Below are positions 29,399 to 42,661 of a stretch of DNA of 64,000 bases, in pieces (the stretch's first letter is position 1; each line of letters starts with the position of its first letter). Source of the stretch: an uncultured delta proteobacterium (GTDB lineage: Bacteria; Desulfobacterota; Binatia; HRBIN30; BPIQ01). The notes below the pieces were generated by a model. The model worked only from the letters and a program-made list of their open reading frames with translations, ran no database searches and was not told where the DNA came from. Both the position numbers and the translations under genes were made by a program. The stretch is taken from NCBI GenBank assembly GCA_963761335.1, contig CAVXGR010000021.1, forward strand, positions 224,001 to 288,000, read 5' to 3'.

Positions 29399-29473
29399 CG
29401 GGGCGCGTTGCTGAGGATATCACAGGCGCCGCTGTTGGCAGAGCAGGCCGACTCTGCTGCCCCGCAGGCCGCC

Positions 29474-29524
29474 GTAGAAGCGGCATCCCGCCGCTTCGGG
29501 AGGCGCCGAGACGGTTTCCTCGAC
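29474..29524. repeat. GTAG-family REP doublet, copy 3 (degenerate)
   Basis: GTAGAAGCGGCatccCGCCGCTT with an eroded second hairpin. Confidence 0.7.
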
Positions 29525-29566
29525 GCCTTGAATTTCCGGGCGCTACGTGAATCTTGTGCAGGCGGA

Positions 29567-30877
29567 ATGGAGGACAGCAGTCCGGGCCGCAAGCTGGAGT
29601 TGCTCATCGGCGATCTGCGCCGCTGCCTCGAGCAGAGCGCGGCGGTGGACGATGCTGCCGTGGGGCGGGCTCTGGCGGCTCTCGAAGGAGAGATCGCCGA
29701 GGTGACCTCCGAGGGGCGGCTTCAGGAGGAGGTGGATCGCCACCGGCGGCTGGCGGCCCTCGGGCAGCTGACCGCGGGCATGGCTCACGACCTCAACAAC
29801 ATTCTCACCGTGGTGGTCGGTGTCGCCGAGCACCTGCGCGCCGAGGGGCGCGTCTCCAAGACGGCTCGGGAGAAGATTGCGCTGATCGCCGAGCAGGGCC
29901 ATCGCGCCAGCGATCTCATTCGCCAGATCAGCGACTTCAGCCGGCGCACCGCGACCACGGACAGACGGCGTCTCGATCTCAGGCGCTTTCTCGAGGAAGC
30001 GCTGCCACTGCTGAGTCCGGAAATACCGTCCCACATCACCGTGACCACGGAAATTCCCGCCGGGCGGCACGAGGTGCGCGCCGATCGCGTCCAGCTGCAG
30101 CAGGTCATCGCCAATCTGCTGTCGAATGCGGTCGATTCCGTGGGGGAGGGCGGAGAGATCCGCATCCAGCTGCGGGGCTTTCGCCTGGAGTCCGGCGCAG
30201 AGACGCCGCTCCCGGGCCTCAGCGCCGGAGACTGGGAGACAATGCAGGTGACCGACAACGGCAGCGGTATGTCCGCCGAGGTCCTGCCCCACGTCTTCGA
30301 GCCGTTTTTCACCACCAAGGAGACCGGCAAAGGCCGCGGCCTCGGCCTGGCGCAGGCCTACGGGCTGGTGAAGCAGAACGGCGGCTTCATCGACGTGTCC
30401 AGCCGGGCGGGGCAGGGAACCGCGGTGACCGTCTATCTGCCGGCGCTGGCGGCCGACGAGCTCGAGCCGACGCCGCTGCCGAAGCCGCGCGCCGCCCCCC
30501 GCCTCGTCGTCATCCTCATCGCCGAGGATGACGCGGCTGTGCGCGCCGTCATGCAGTGGCAGCTCGAAGGGATGGGCTACCGCGTGCTTACCGCCTCGAG
30601 TGGTGAAGAGTCGGTGCGCCTGCTTCGCGGGCAGGGGCTGGCCCCCGATCTAGCCGTCGTCGATCTGGAGATGCCCGGGATGGGCGGCGCGACGCTGTGC
30701 CGCACCTTGCGCCAGAGCCAGCCGGAGCTGCCGGTGATCGTCTTCTCCGGCTACAGCGTCGAGAGCCTGTCGCCGGAGGACCGCGCCACCCTCAGCACCA
30801 ACGTCGAGTGGTTGGAGAAGCCCGCGGCTCTCGCGGCTCTCGCCGCTGCCGTGCAGCGGCGCTTGGGGCAGAGCTGA
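29567..30877 (+). CDS. Hybrid histidine kinase/response regulator (CckA-like core, short N-terminus)
   Basis: AHDLNN H-box, [13 protein letters not shown]-terminal REC; start placed at ATG 29567. Confidence 0.9.
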   Translation: MEDSSPGRKLELLIGDLRRCLEQSAAVDDAAVGRALAALEGEIAEVTSEGRLQEEVDRHRRLAALGQLTAGMAHDLNNILTVVVGVAEHLRAEGRVSKTAREKIALIAEQGHRASDLIRQISDFSRRTATTDRRRLDLRRFLEEALPLLSPEIPSHITVTTEIPAGRHEVRADRVQLQQVIANLLSNAVDSVGEGGEIRIQLRGFRLESGAETPLPGLSAGDWETMQVTDNGSGMSAEVLPHVFEPFFTTKETGKGRGLGLAQAYGLVKQNGGFIDVSSRAGQGTAVTVYLPALAADELEPTPLPKPRAAPRLVVILIAEDDAAVRAVMQWQLEGMGYRVLTASSGEESVRLLRGQGLAPDLAVVDLEMPGMGGATLCRTLRQSQPELPVIVFSGYSVESLSPEDRATLSTNVEWLEKPAALAALAAAVQRRLGQS

Positions 30878-30985
30878 GACGCACCGGTCCGCCAAGGACC
30901 TGGTCGCCGCTGATGACGAGGCGAGCCGTTGCCCGTGCCGCGGCGAGAGTCCCCCTGACTGCGGATCTGTGGTTTGATCGGCCCC

Positions 30986-31579
30986 ATGATCTTCTGGCAT
31001 CGGCCTGCCACCGCCGACATGCGGCGCCATCTCGAGGGCCAGGCGGCGCTGCCGTTCTCGTACGCCGAGGTCGGGGCGACACGGCGCGATGCCGATGTGC
31101 CGCGTCGCTCCGCCGTGGACCTACTGGTCGTGGATCACAACCGTATCTGCGTCGGGCGCGGCGCCGATAACTTCGCTGCTGGGGTTGCGGCGGTGCGCCG
31201 CTGGCAGATGTTCGCTCTCGGTTGGGTCGAGCTCTGCTGGCCGGAGGCACCGATTGCCGCCGGCTCCACGGTCGGCGTGCTGGCGCGCCTGACCGGAGTG
31301 TGGTCGCTGAACGCGGCCCGCATCGTCTACGCCATCGACGAGAAGGGCGACGTCGAGCGCTTCGGCTTCGCCTATGGCACCCTGCCGGATCACGCCGAGC
31401 GAGGGGAGGAGCGCTTCTCGGTCGAATGGCATCGAGACGACGATTCGGTCTGGTACGACATCCTCGCCTTCTCGCGGCCGCAATGGCTGACCGCGCTCGG
31501 CTATCCATATGCCCGCAGACTTCAGAAGAGATTCGCCGCCGGCTCGCTGCGCGCCATGGCCGCGGCCGTCCGGCCCTGA
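30986..31579 (+). CDS. DUF1990-family protein
   Basis: FSYAEVGAT and FGFAYGTLPDHAERGEERF motifs. Confidence 0.85.
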   Translation: MIFWHRPATADMRRHLEGQAALPFSYAEVGATRRDADVPRRSAVDLLVVDHNRICVGRGADNFAAGVAAVRRWQMFALGWVELCWPEAPIAAGSTVGVLARLTGVWSLNAARIVYAIDEKGDVERFGFAYGTLPDHAERGEERFSVEWHRDDDSVWYDILAFSRPQWLTALGYPYARRLQKRFAAGSLRAMAAAVRP

Positions 31580-31585
31580 CCGACC

Positions 31586-31732
31586 CACATTCCCGGTTCT
31601 CATTCCCGGTTCTCATCCCGTCGTTTTCCGTTGTTCTGCGAGCCGCGCGATCACCTCAGCTCCGTGGTTATTCGCGGCTGTCAGAGCCAATGGAAAACGA
31701 CGGGATGAGAACCGGGGATGAGGGGGAATGAG
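31586..31732. repeat. GATGAGAA inverted-repeat (MITE-like) element, copy A
   Basis: Arms TTCTCATCCCGTCGTTTTCC / GGAAAACGACGGGATGAGAA around a conserved core; reverse orientation relative to the 34231 copy. Confidence 0.85.
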
Positions 31733-31751
31733 ACGTCCCTGGCGGGCTGGA

Positions 31752-32228
31752 TCAGTGCACCGAGTAGAAGAGCCCGAGAATCAGGCCGAAGAGGACGTGG
31801 GCGAAGACGACGGAGAGCGGCGTGCGCACGCCGTAGTGCAGCCCCATGAAGCCCGGTGGCTCCAGCTGCCGGACCACGGTGGGGCCGTACTCCTCGGTCG
31901 CCATCCGCGGGTGGATGCTCGGCAGGTTGGGCATGACCACCGTCAGCACGAAGGTCGAATGTGCCAGGCCGACGAGAACTCCGAGCCACCAGCTGGCGGC
32001 GCCCCAGACGTGAAAGGTCGCCACGTACACCAGCGACAGGGCCATGCCGTTGAGGAAGTGCAGCGCGGCGCCGACAAGCTTGGCGCGATCGCGGCTGGGG
32101 GTGAACATGGTGCCGAGCATGTACGGAAGGTTCATGCGGGTGATTCCCAGCCACTGGCTGCCGGCCATCGTCGAGGTGAGGACAACGGTCGCCGCAAAGC
32201 CCCAGATCAACCACGCCCCCCAGTTCAC
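31752..32228 (-). CDS. Membrane protein (about 4 TM) with intramembrane His residues
   Basis: GTG overlaps the GH15 stop; hydrophobic helices LHFLNG, LAHS and AHVLFG. Confidence 0.75.
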   Translation of the reverse strand: MNWGAWLIWGFAATVVLTSTMAGSQWLGITRMNLPYMLGTMFTPSRDRAKLVGAALHFLNGMALSLVYVATFHVWGAASWWLGVLVGLAHSTFVLTVVMPNLPSIHPRMATEEYGPTVVRQLEPPGFMGLHYGVRTPLSVVFAHVLFGLILGLFYSVH

Positions 32229-34084
32229 GCGTCCTCCTCGCCCGTGCGCGCCGCCGGCACCGATTCCCCGGTGCCCACCTGCTGGCGCTTGCGGCGCTGC
32301 TCGATGGAGAGAGCGGCATTGATCAGCCCGAGATGCGTCAACCCCTGAGGAAAATTTCCGAGGGCCTCGCCGCTCTGCGGATCGATCTCCTCGGAGTAGA
32401 GGCCGACGTCGTTGGCGCGCCGCAGCATCTTCTCGAACGTCCGCTGCGCCTTGTCCAAGCTGCCGCCCCCGAGAGCCAGAAACTCCGCCCACCAGAAGCT
32501 GCAGATGCCGAAGGCGCCCTCGCCGACCTGATAGCTCTGTTCGTGTCGATAGAGCAGGCCATCACCGACGCGCAGCCGTTTCAGAATGGTCTCGTAGGTG
32601 CGCTGGATGCGCGGCGCATCCGCCTTGTCGTAGCCGTACCACGGCAGCAGCAACAGGCTGGCGTCGACCTGATCCTCGTCGAGAATCTCCGTGTAGGTTC
32701 CGCCGCTCTCGTTCCAGCCGTGCTCCTCGATCTCCTGGCGCAGCTGTGCGCGCACCGCGGCGAAGCGGTCGGCGGGGATCTTCTCCAGACGCCCGCGGTC
32801 GCGCATCTCCAGCAGGCGGTCGAGCGCCGTCCAGCAGAGAACGCGCGAGAACGTCCGCTTCTTCCCCGGGCCGCGGGCTTCCCAGATGCCGTTGCCGGGC
32901 TCGTCCCAGTGGTCACAGACGTAGCCGCCGAAGTCGCGCAGCATGTTCTGCGTCTCGCGGTCGAGATGTCCGTCGCGGCGGGCGAGCTGGGCGACCGCCT
33001 CGACGACCTCGCCGTAGGAATCGAGCTGGCGTTGCGATCCGGCGGCGTTGCCGACATGCACCGGCCGCGAGCCGCGATAGCCGTCGAGCTGCGCCATGCT
33101 CTTCTCGTTGCCGCCGGTGCGCCCGTAGACGTCGTAGAAGACGCGCAGCTCGGGGCGCGTCAGCCGGGTACTGTGCAGAAGCCAGCTGATGAAGGCCTCG
33201 GCATCCGCGGCGTAGCCGAGGCCGAGCAGAGCGCGGGAGGTGAAGGAGGCGTCTCGCAGCCAGCAGAAGCGGTAGTCCCAGTTGAGGTCTCCGCCGATGC
33301 GCTCGGGCAGCGAGGTCGTCGGCGCGGCGATCACGGCTCCCGACGGCGCGAAGGTCAGCAGCTTGAGGACCAGGGCACTGCGCACCACCTCGTTGCGATA
33401 GGGGCCGTCGTAGCAAGTCCGTCGACTCCAGCTGCGCCACCAATCGACCGATCGCGCGATGGCCTGGCGGCTGAGGTCGCCGAGCGGGGCGAGCACCGCG
33501 GGGGCGTCGTCGCTGTAGGTGAGCGAGAAGAACGCCGACTCGCCTGCCGTCAGCCGCAGGTGGGCCCGCGCCGTCCCCTTGCCGTCGAGAGAGAAGGGCG
33601 CCGGGCCGCGCAGGGTCACCAGGCGGCCGCCCATTTCCAGGCGCAGCCCGAGGGTGCCTCCGTCCACCAGCGGGGTGCGGTCAGTGGCGTAACCGGGACG
33701 CGGCTCGAACAGCACCTCGACCTCGGCCGTGCCGCGAACGCACTCGACGCCGCGGAGGATCTCGTTGGGCGCCATCAGCATCGACTGCTTCTGCTCCTCG
33801 GAGGCCACCGGCATGAGATCCGTCAGGACGAATGAACCGGCATCGTTCTCGAAGCGCGTCTGCAGCACGTTGGTGTCTTCGATGTACCAGCGCGTCGTCT
33901 GCGCCGGTGCCGCCGCGCCGATGCGCCAGCAGCCGCCGATGCGAGTGTCGAGCAGGCGGGCGAACAGCGATGGGGAATCGAAGCGGGGCCAGCACAGCCA
34001 GTCCACGGAGCCCTGCAGCGAGACCAGGGCGGCGGCGCGCCCGTTGCCGATGATTGCGTAGTCCTGGATCGAAGGGGCCCTCAT
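32225..34084 (-). CDS. Glycoside hydrolase family 15 (trehalase/glucoamylase-like)
   Basis: NWDYRFCWLRD, GIWE, GLYSEE and GNFPQ motifs. Confidence 0.93.
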   Translation of the reverse strand: MRAPSIQDYAIIGNGRAAALVSLQGSVDWLCWPRFDSPSLFARLLDTRIGGCWRIGAAAPAQTTRWYIEDTNVLQTRFENDAGSFVLTDLMPVASEEQKQSMLMAPNEILRGVECVRGTAEVEVLFEPRPGYATDRTPLVDGGTLGLRLEMGGRLVTLRGPAPFSLDGKGTARAHLRLTAGESAFFSLTYSDDAPAVLAPLGDLSRQAIARSVDWWRSWSRRTCYDGPYRNEVVRSALVLKLLTFAPSGAVIAAPTTSLPERIGGDLNWDYRFCWLRDASFTSRALLGLGYAADAEAFISWLLHSTRLTRPELRVFYDVYGRTGGNEKSMAQLDGYRGSRPVHVGNAAGSQRQLDSYGEVVEAVAQLARRDGHLDRETQNMLRDFGGYVCDHWDEPGNGIWEARGPGKKRTFSRVLCWTALDRLLEMRDRGRLEKIPADRFAAVRAQLRQEIEEHGWNESGGTYTEILDEDQVDASLLLLPWYGYDKADAPRIQRTYETILKRLRVGDGLLYRHEQSYQVGEGAFGICSFWWAEFLALGGGSLDKAQRTFEKMLRRANDVGLYSEEIDPQSGEALGNFPQGLTHLGLINAALSIEQRRKRQQVGTGESVPAARTGEEDA

Positions 34085-34230
34085 CGCACACGGCAGCCCC
34101 GGAGCCGCGGCTGCGGGGCTGCCCAGCCGCTCATTCTACACGATCATTCCGGAGGAGCGAGGCGGCGTGCCTTCGGGTACGTATGGCGAGCTTGCGCTCG
34201 CCGCTACGGCGCCTCGTCAAGCTCCCCCTC

Positions 34231-34408
34231 CACATTCTCCGTTCTCATCCCCGGCTCTCATCCCGTCGTTTTCCATTCGCTCTAACAGCCGCGAGTCACT
34301 ACGGAGCTGAGGTGATCTCACGCGGCTCGCAGAACAATGGAGAACGACGGGATGAGAGTCGGGGATGAGAACGGGAAATGACGTTCGGGGATGAGAACGG
34401 AGAACGAG
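34231..34408. repeat. GATGAGAA inverted-repeat element, copy B
   Basis: Same arms and core as 31586, with extra tandem arm units. Confidence 0.85.
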
Positions 34409-34473
34409 GGGAGGCTCTTCGCCATCGCCGCCCTCCCCCCAGGGTCCGCCTTGCGCTAGATATGGACTCCGCG

Positions 34474-35160
34474 ATGAAGATCCTGATCGTCGAAGATGAG
34501 GCCCCCACGGCGTCGTTCTTGCGCCGGGGACTCTCCGAGGAGGGGTTCGCCGTCGACGTCGCCCGCGACGCCGGCCAGGCGGATCAGGCAGTGCAGGTGT
34601 ACGACTACGACGCCATCGTCCTCGACGTCATGCTGCCGGGCGAGGACGGTTTCTCCCTGTGCCGCCGCTGGCGGGCGGCGGGGGTGAAGACGCCGATTCT
34701 CTTTCTCACGGCCCGCGACGAGGTCGGCGACCGGGTGCGCGGCCTCAACCTCGGCGGCGATGACTACCTGGTGAAGCCGTTCGCCTTCGCCGAGCTCATG
34801 GCGCGGGTGCGCGCCCTGGTGCGCCGCGGACAGATCGCGCCGCCGGCGCCGCACCTCTGCATCGGCGATCTGGTCCTCGACACCAACCGCCGCGAGGCCA
34901 GCCGCGCCGGCGAAGGCATCGCCCTGAGCATGCGCGAGTACCAGCTGCTCGAGTACTTTGCCCGCAACGCCGGCCGCGTGATCACCCGCACCGAGCTGTG
35001 GGAGCACGTCTGGGACAGCCACTCGGTGCCCGACTCGAACGTCGTCGACGTCTACGTCGGCTATCTCCGCAGCAAGCTCGGTCGCGAGATCGTCGAGACC
35101 GTGCGCGGTGTCGGCTACTGCCTGCCGGCGGCGTCCGCGGCCGGCGACGGCGGAGATTAG
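34474..35160 (+). CDS. OmpR-family response regulator (CusR/CzcR-like)
   Basis: MKILIVEDE, LDVMLPG, DDYLVKPF and NVVDVYVGYLR...TVRGVGY motifs. Confidence 0.94.
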   Translation: MKILIVEDEAPTASFLRRGLSEEGFAVDVARDAGQADQAVQVYDYDAIVLDVMLPGEDGFSLCRRWRAAGVKTPILFLTARDEVGDRVRGLNLGGDDYLVKPFAFAELMARVRALVRRGQIAPPAPHLCIGDLVLDTNRREASRAGEGIALSMREYQLLEYFARNAGRVITRTELWEHVWDSHSVPDSNVVDVYVGYLRSKLGREIVETVRGVGYCLPAASAAGDGGD

Positions 35161-35163
35161 CGC

Positions 35164-36633
35164 GTGCCCGGGCGCGCGGCGGCGCCGACCTTTCGGGGTC
35201 GCCTGACGGTGACCATGACGGCGCTCTCGGTGGCCGTGCTTCTGGCGGGCAGCGCCGCCATCTATCTGGGTGTGCGCCATGAGCTGCTGTCGAACCTGGA
35301 TGCGGCGCTACTGGCGATGGCGCGTGCCGAGGTGGCCAGCGCCGTCGACGAGCCGGACCAGGGGGTGCACGTCCACGAGCTCGGGCCGGCGCCGCTCTCG
35401 CCGTCCAGCGGCTCCGGCTACGAGAAGCTGGCGCGGATCGCCGACGGCAACGGGCGCATCCTCGCCGAGACCGCCAATCTGAAGAGCGCGCCTCTGAACA
35501 CCGACGCTGCTCTCGAGGCGCGGGCGCTCGGGGGTGCGGTGTCGTTCAGCAACCTGGAGCGCGGCGGCGAGGCGTACCGCGCCGTCTACTACCCGCTGCC
35601 CGATGCCGGGGGCGAGCCGCTGGTGGCGGTGGTGGCAATTCCGAAGAGCCCGGTAGAGCGTTCGCTGCAGATCCTTCTCGTGGCGCTGTCGCTGGCCCTC
35701 GTCGTCGGCGCCACGGCGTCGGCATGGGCCGCGGGGCGGCTATCGCGGCGGCTCATCCGCCCCCTCGAGCAGATCGCCGTGGCGGCGGCCGGCGTGGGAG
35801 AGCGCAGCCTGGGCGAGCGCATCCCGCAAGCTTCTCCCGACGTCGAGCTGTGCAACGTCGTCGACATTCTCAACGCCATGCTGGCGAGGCTGGAGTCGGC
35901 GTTCGCCGTTCAGAAGCAGCTGGTGGAGGCGCAGCAGCGCTTTGTCCTCGACGCCTCCCACGAGCTGCGCTCGCCGCTGGCCAACCTGCGCGGCACGATC
36001 GAGGTGGCTCTGCGCCGGCCGCGCTCCGACGGCGACTACCGCGAGGCGTTGCAGGTGTCGCTCGCCGAGAGCGAGCGTCTGTCGCGCCTGGTGGAAGGGT
36101 TGCTGACACTCTCCCGCGTCGATGCCGGGACCGTCGCCCTGCATCGCGTCCCCTGCGATCTCGCCGAGATCGCCCGCGAGTCGGTGCGCGCGCACGAAGC
36201 GCGGGCCCAGGAGACGAACGTGCGCCTGCGCTTTTCGGCAGCCCAGCCGCTGCCGCTCAAGGGCGATGCCGACCGCCTGCGAGAGGCGGTCGACAACCTT
36301 CTGGACAACGCCCTTCGCTACGCGCCCGCGGACTCCGAGGTGGAGGTGCTGGCGGCGCAGCAAGGCGGGCGCCTGACTCTCTCGGTGCGCGATGGCGGGC
36401 GGGGAATGTCTCCCGACGATCGCGCCCGCGTCTTCGACCGCTTCTACCGCGCCGACGAGTCGCGGGCGCGGTTCTCCGGCGGCCTCGGTCTCGGCCTGGC
36501 GATCGCCCGCGCCGTGGTGGAAGCGCACGGCGGCGAGATCGCCGTCGACAGTCAGCCGGGGAAGGGCTCGACCTTCTCGATCGCGCTGCCGGCGGTCACC
36601 GCGGGGGCTGGCGAAAATGGAGGTCGGCGATGA
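35164..36633 (+). CDS. Membrane sensor histidine kinase (HAMP, CusS-like)
   Basis: 2 TM segments, DASHELRSP, NLLDNA and FDRFYR motifs; HVH in the periplasmic loop. Confidence 0.93.
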   Translation: MPGRAAAPTFRGRLTVTMTALSVAVLLAGSAAIYLGVRHELLSNLDAALLAMARAEVASAVDEPDQGVHVHELGPAPLSPSSGSGYEKLARIADGNGRILAETANLKSAPLNTDAALEARALGGAVSFSNLERGGEAYRAVYYPLPDAGGEPLVAVVAIPKSPVERSLQILLVALSLALVVGATASAWAAGRLSRRLIRPLEQIAVAAAGVGERSLGERIPQASPDVELCNVVDILNAMLARLESAFAVQKQLVEAQQRFVLDASHELRSPLANLRGTIEVALRRPRSDGDYREALQVSLAESERLSRLVEGLLTLSRVDAGTVALHRVPCDLAEIARESVRAHEARAQETNVRLRFSAAQPLPLKGDADRLREAVDNLLDNALRYAPADSEVEVLAAQQGGRLTLSVRDGGRGMSPDDRARVFDRFYRADESRARFSGGLGLGLAIARAVVEAHGGEIAVDSQPGKGSTFSIALPAVTAGAGENGGRR

Positions 36634-37477
36634 CGCCGTCGTGGTCCGACCACGGCTGGTCCCGGCCGCGATTGTGGATGAGGTCGACGTCGACTTGCAC
36701 GCCGAAGCGGTCCGAGCGACGAGCAAATAGATAGTCGACCCAGTAACCGGTCTCTCCCTGCGGACCGACGAAGGTGCCGCAGCCACAGCTCCGCCGCTTG
36801 TCGGCCGTCATCTCGGTCCAGCCGCTCGGGATCAGCGGTCGCAGCACCGACGGCGGAAGATTGAAGTCGCCTCCGGCAATCACCGGAAGATCGGCGTCGA
36901 CACCGCTGCCGATGGAGAACAGCTCCTCCACCTGGTGACGGCGAATCTTGGCGTACTCGTTGCCGTAGGCCTGTAGATGCGTGTTCAGTAGCACCAGCTC
37001 GGCACCGCTGCCGCGGTGTCGCAGGCGGATCCGCTGCACGCCCTTGTCGTCCATGGCATCCCGTTCCCAGATCTTCCACCAGCTCGGCCGCGCCTTGAAC
37101 TCGGTGAAGTCGGTCGAGACCTTGCGCCAGTCGCTGTCCTTGCGGAGGTAGGCGATGAGGCCGCCCTTGCGCATCCGCCACAGCAGAAGAAACTTCGTCG
37201 GCACGCCGTCGAGGCGTTCGTAGTCCTGGAGCTTCTCATCGAGCAGGCGCGCCTGCTTCTGCAGCACGACCTCCTGGAACATCGCCACGTCCGGCGCCCG
37301 CCGGTCGATCTCGGCGGCGACGGCGGCCATGCGCTCGTCATAGTGGTCCGAGGCGAAGGGCGCACCGTGCAGGTTCCAGGTCACCACCTGCAGTCGCAGT
37401 GTCGACGGCTGAGCGCGCGCCCAAGGCGCGAGAGCTCCGATGCCGAGCAGGCAGAGAAGAAGGCGGCGCCGCATCAT
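36596..37477 (-). CDS. Secreted endonuclease/exonuclease/phosphatase (EEP) family protein
   Basis: Signal peptide; TWN, FQEV, NTHL, GGDFN, VDY and SDH motifs. Confidence 0.9.
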   Translation of the reverse strand: MMRRRLLLCLLGIGALAPWARAQPSTLRLQVVTWNLHGAPFASDHYDERMAAVAAEIDRRAPDVAMFQEVVLQKQARLLDEKLQDYERLDGVPTKFLLLWRMRKGGLIAYLRKDSDWRKVSTDFTEFKARPSWWKIWERDAMDDKGVQRIRLRHRGSGAELVLLNTHLQAYGNEYAKIRRHQVEELFSIGSGVDADLPVIAGGDFNLPPSVLRPLIPSGWTEMTADKRRSCGCGTFVGPQGETGYWVDYLFARRSDRFGVQVDVDLIHNRGRDQPWSDHDGVIADLHFRQPPR

Positions 37478-37652
37478 CCGCTCAGCCCCACCGGCGGGTC
37501 ATGAAACGCGAACTTCATGATTGCCTCGCCAACCTGTGTATCCCGAACATCGGCGCGGCGAAACCGGGGGCGGAAGGCGGCCGAGGGCAGGCGTGGCTTC
37601 GGGTGAGAGCCACGCCACTGGTCGGTTGAGCCAGGGAACCTGCAGGATTGAC

Positions 37653-37820
37653 CTCATTCTCCATTCTCACCCCCGGTTCTCATGCCGTCGTTTTCCATTC
37701 GCCCGGACAGCTGCAGAGCGATCCCCGCCTGAGCGGGTGTCACCGCGGCTCGGAGAACAATGGAAGACGACGGGACGAGAACCGGGGATGAGAATGAGAA
37801 CCGGCGATGAGAGTGAGAAC
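37653..37820. repeat. GATGAGAA inverted-repeat element, copy C (diverged core)
   Basis: Arms match copies A and B; cgcggctcg..gaacaatgga core retained. Confidence 0.8.
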
Positions 37821-37853
37821 TATCAGTTTGATTCAGACGCATGGGCACCAGGT

Positions 37854-37966
37854 CCCTCTCCCCGCACTTCCGCGGGGAGAGGGCAGGTGAGGGGTACCTT
37901 TCTGTTCCCTGAAAGCTCGTCGTTGTCTAGGCACTGCCCCTCTCCCGCAGGCAATGCGGGAGAGGG
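37854..37966. repeat. Pair of CCCTCTCCC...GGGAGAGGG hairpins (REP-like, possible terminator)
   Basis: Two perfect 12-bp stems at 37854-37883 and 37938-37966. Confidence 0.7.
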
Positions 37967-38032
37967 CGACGCTGAACGGCCCGAAATGAATTGAGGCACT
38001 ACCGTCCCTTGGTGTCTCGACCTCCCCTTCCC

Positions 38033-39022
38033 TCAGCGCCAGCTCTGCAGCACCCGCATGTAGTTGGCGCGCTCGAAGGCGCCGGGGTCGGGGCTGCGCT
38101 CCAGGCTCATGCTGCCGCGCATCTGCGCCAGCGAGTCGTAGGCGTGCTCCTCCATCCACTCGATCATGCGCTCGCGGATCTTTGCCAGGTATGCCGCGCC
38201 GTTCTCGAGAAGCGCCGAGACCACCTGCACGGCGTGGGCTCCGGCCATCACTGCCTTGATGGCGTCGGCGGCGGTGTGCACGCCGCCGGTGACCGCGAGC
38301 GAGGGCCGCACTCGCCCGGAGAGCAGAGCCAGCCAGCGCAGCCGCAGGAGGAGCTCGGAGGAGTCCGACAGGCGCAGGCGCGGCACGACCTCGAGGTTCT
38401 CGATGTCGATGTCGGGCTGGTAGAAGCGGTTGAAGAGCACCAGGCCATCGGCCCCCGCCTCCTCGAGCCGGCGCGCGATGTGGGTGATCGAAGAGAAGAA
38501 GGGCGAGAGCTTCACCGCCACGGGGACGAAGACCTCGGTCTTTACGGCGCGCACCGCGTCGAAGACGCGCTGCTCGATCTGCGCGCCGTCGACTGCCGGG
38601 TCGCTGGCCAGGTAGTACATGTTCAGCTCCAGCGCGTCCGCCCCGGCCTGCTCCAGCAGGCGGGCGTACTTGAGCCACCCCGCCGGGCTCACGCCGTTCA
38701 GGGAGGCGATCACCGGCACCGCGACTGCCTGCTTGATGCGGCGCAGCTGCTCCAGGTACTGCTCCGGCCCGAGGTTGAACTCGTCCGGCCGCGGAAAGTA
38801 GGAGAGCGCCTCGGGAAACGACTCGGCGTGTACCTCCATGCTGTGGATCGTGCCCAGCTGCTCGAGCTCGATCTGCTCCTCGAACAGCGAGTGCATGACG
38901 ATGGCGGCGGCGCCGGCGTCCTCCAGAAGCCGCACCTCGTCGAGGTCGTCGACCAGCGGCGAGGCGCCGGGCATGAGGGGATGGGGCAAGCGGATTCCGA
39001 GATACGTCGTCGAGAGATCCAT
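38033..39022 (-). CDS. Dihydroorotate dehydrogenase-like flavoprotein (PFOR-associated)
   Basis: MDLSTTYLG, SLFEEQI, FNRFYQPD and FERANY motifs; start ATG 39022. Confidence 0.92.
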   Translation of the reverse strand: MDLSTTYLGIRLPHPLMPGASPLVDDLDEVRLLEDAGAAAIVMHSLFEEQIELEQLGTIHSMEVHAESFPEALSYFPRPDEFNLGPEQYLEQLRRIKQAVAVPVIASLNGVSPAGWLKYARLLEQAGADALELNMYYLASDPAVDGAQIEQRVFDAVRAVKTEVFVPVAVKLSPFFSSITHIARRLEEAGADGLVLFNRFYQPDIDIENLEVVPRLRLSDSSELLLRLRWLALLSGRVRPSLAVTGGVHTAADAIKAVMAGAHAVQVVSALLENGAAYLAKIRERMIEWMEEHAYDSLAQMRGSMSLERSPDPGAFERANYMRVLQSWR

Positions 39023-39027
39023 TGCGT

Positions 39028-42606
<3,579 letters not shown>

Positions 42607-42644
42607 TGGGACCTTCTTTCTCTCGGCAGATTCTCCTCTCCGCA

Positions 42645-42661
42645 ATGCGTGATTCGTGCCC
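42645..42661 (-). promoter_or_regulatory. Sigma54-like promoter upstream of nifJ
   Basis: Minus strand GGGCACG-aatc-ACGCA with GG-N10-GC spacing, about 40 bp upstream of the ATG. Confidence 0.5.

Noticed and set aside
28409..29566. N-terminal extension of the 822-aa hybrid kinase ORF
   Set aside because: It is antisense to the PAS kinase and runs through a REP; the real start is probably 29567
36596..36633. Convergent 3' overlaps (also 23126-23145)
   Set aside because: Short tail-to-tail overlaps are common in GC-rich genomes
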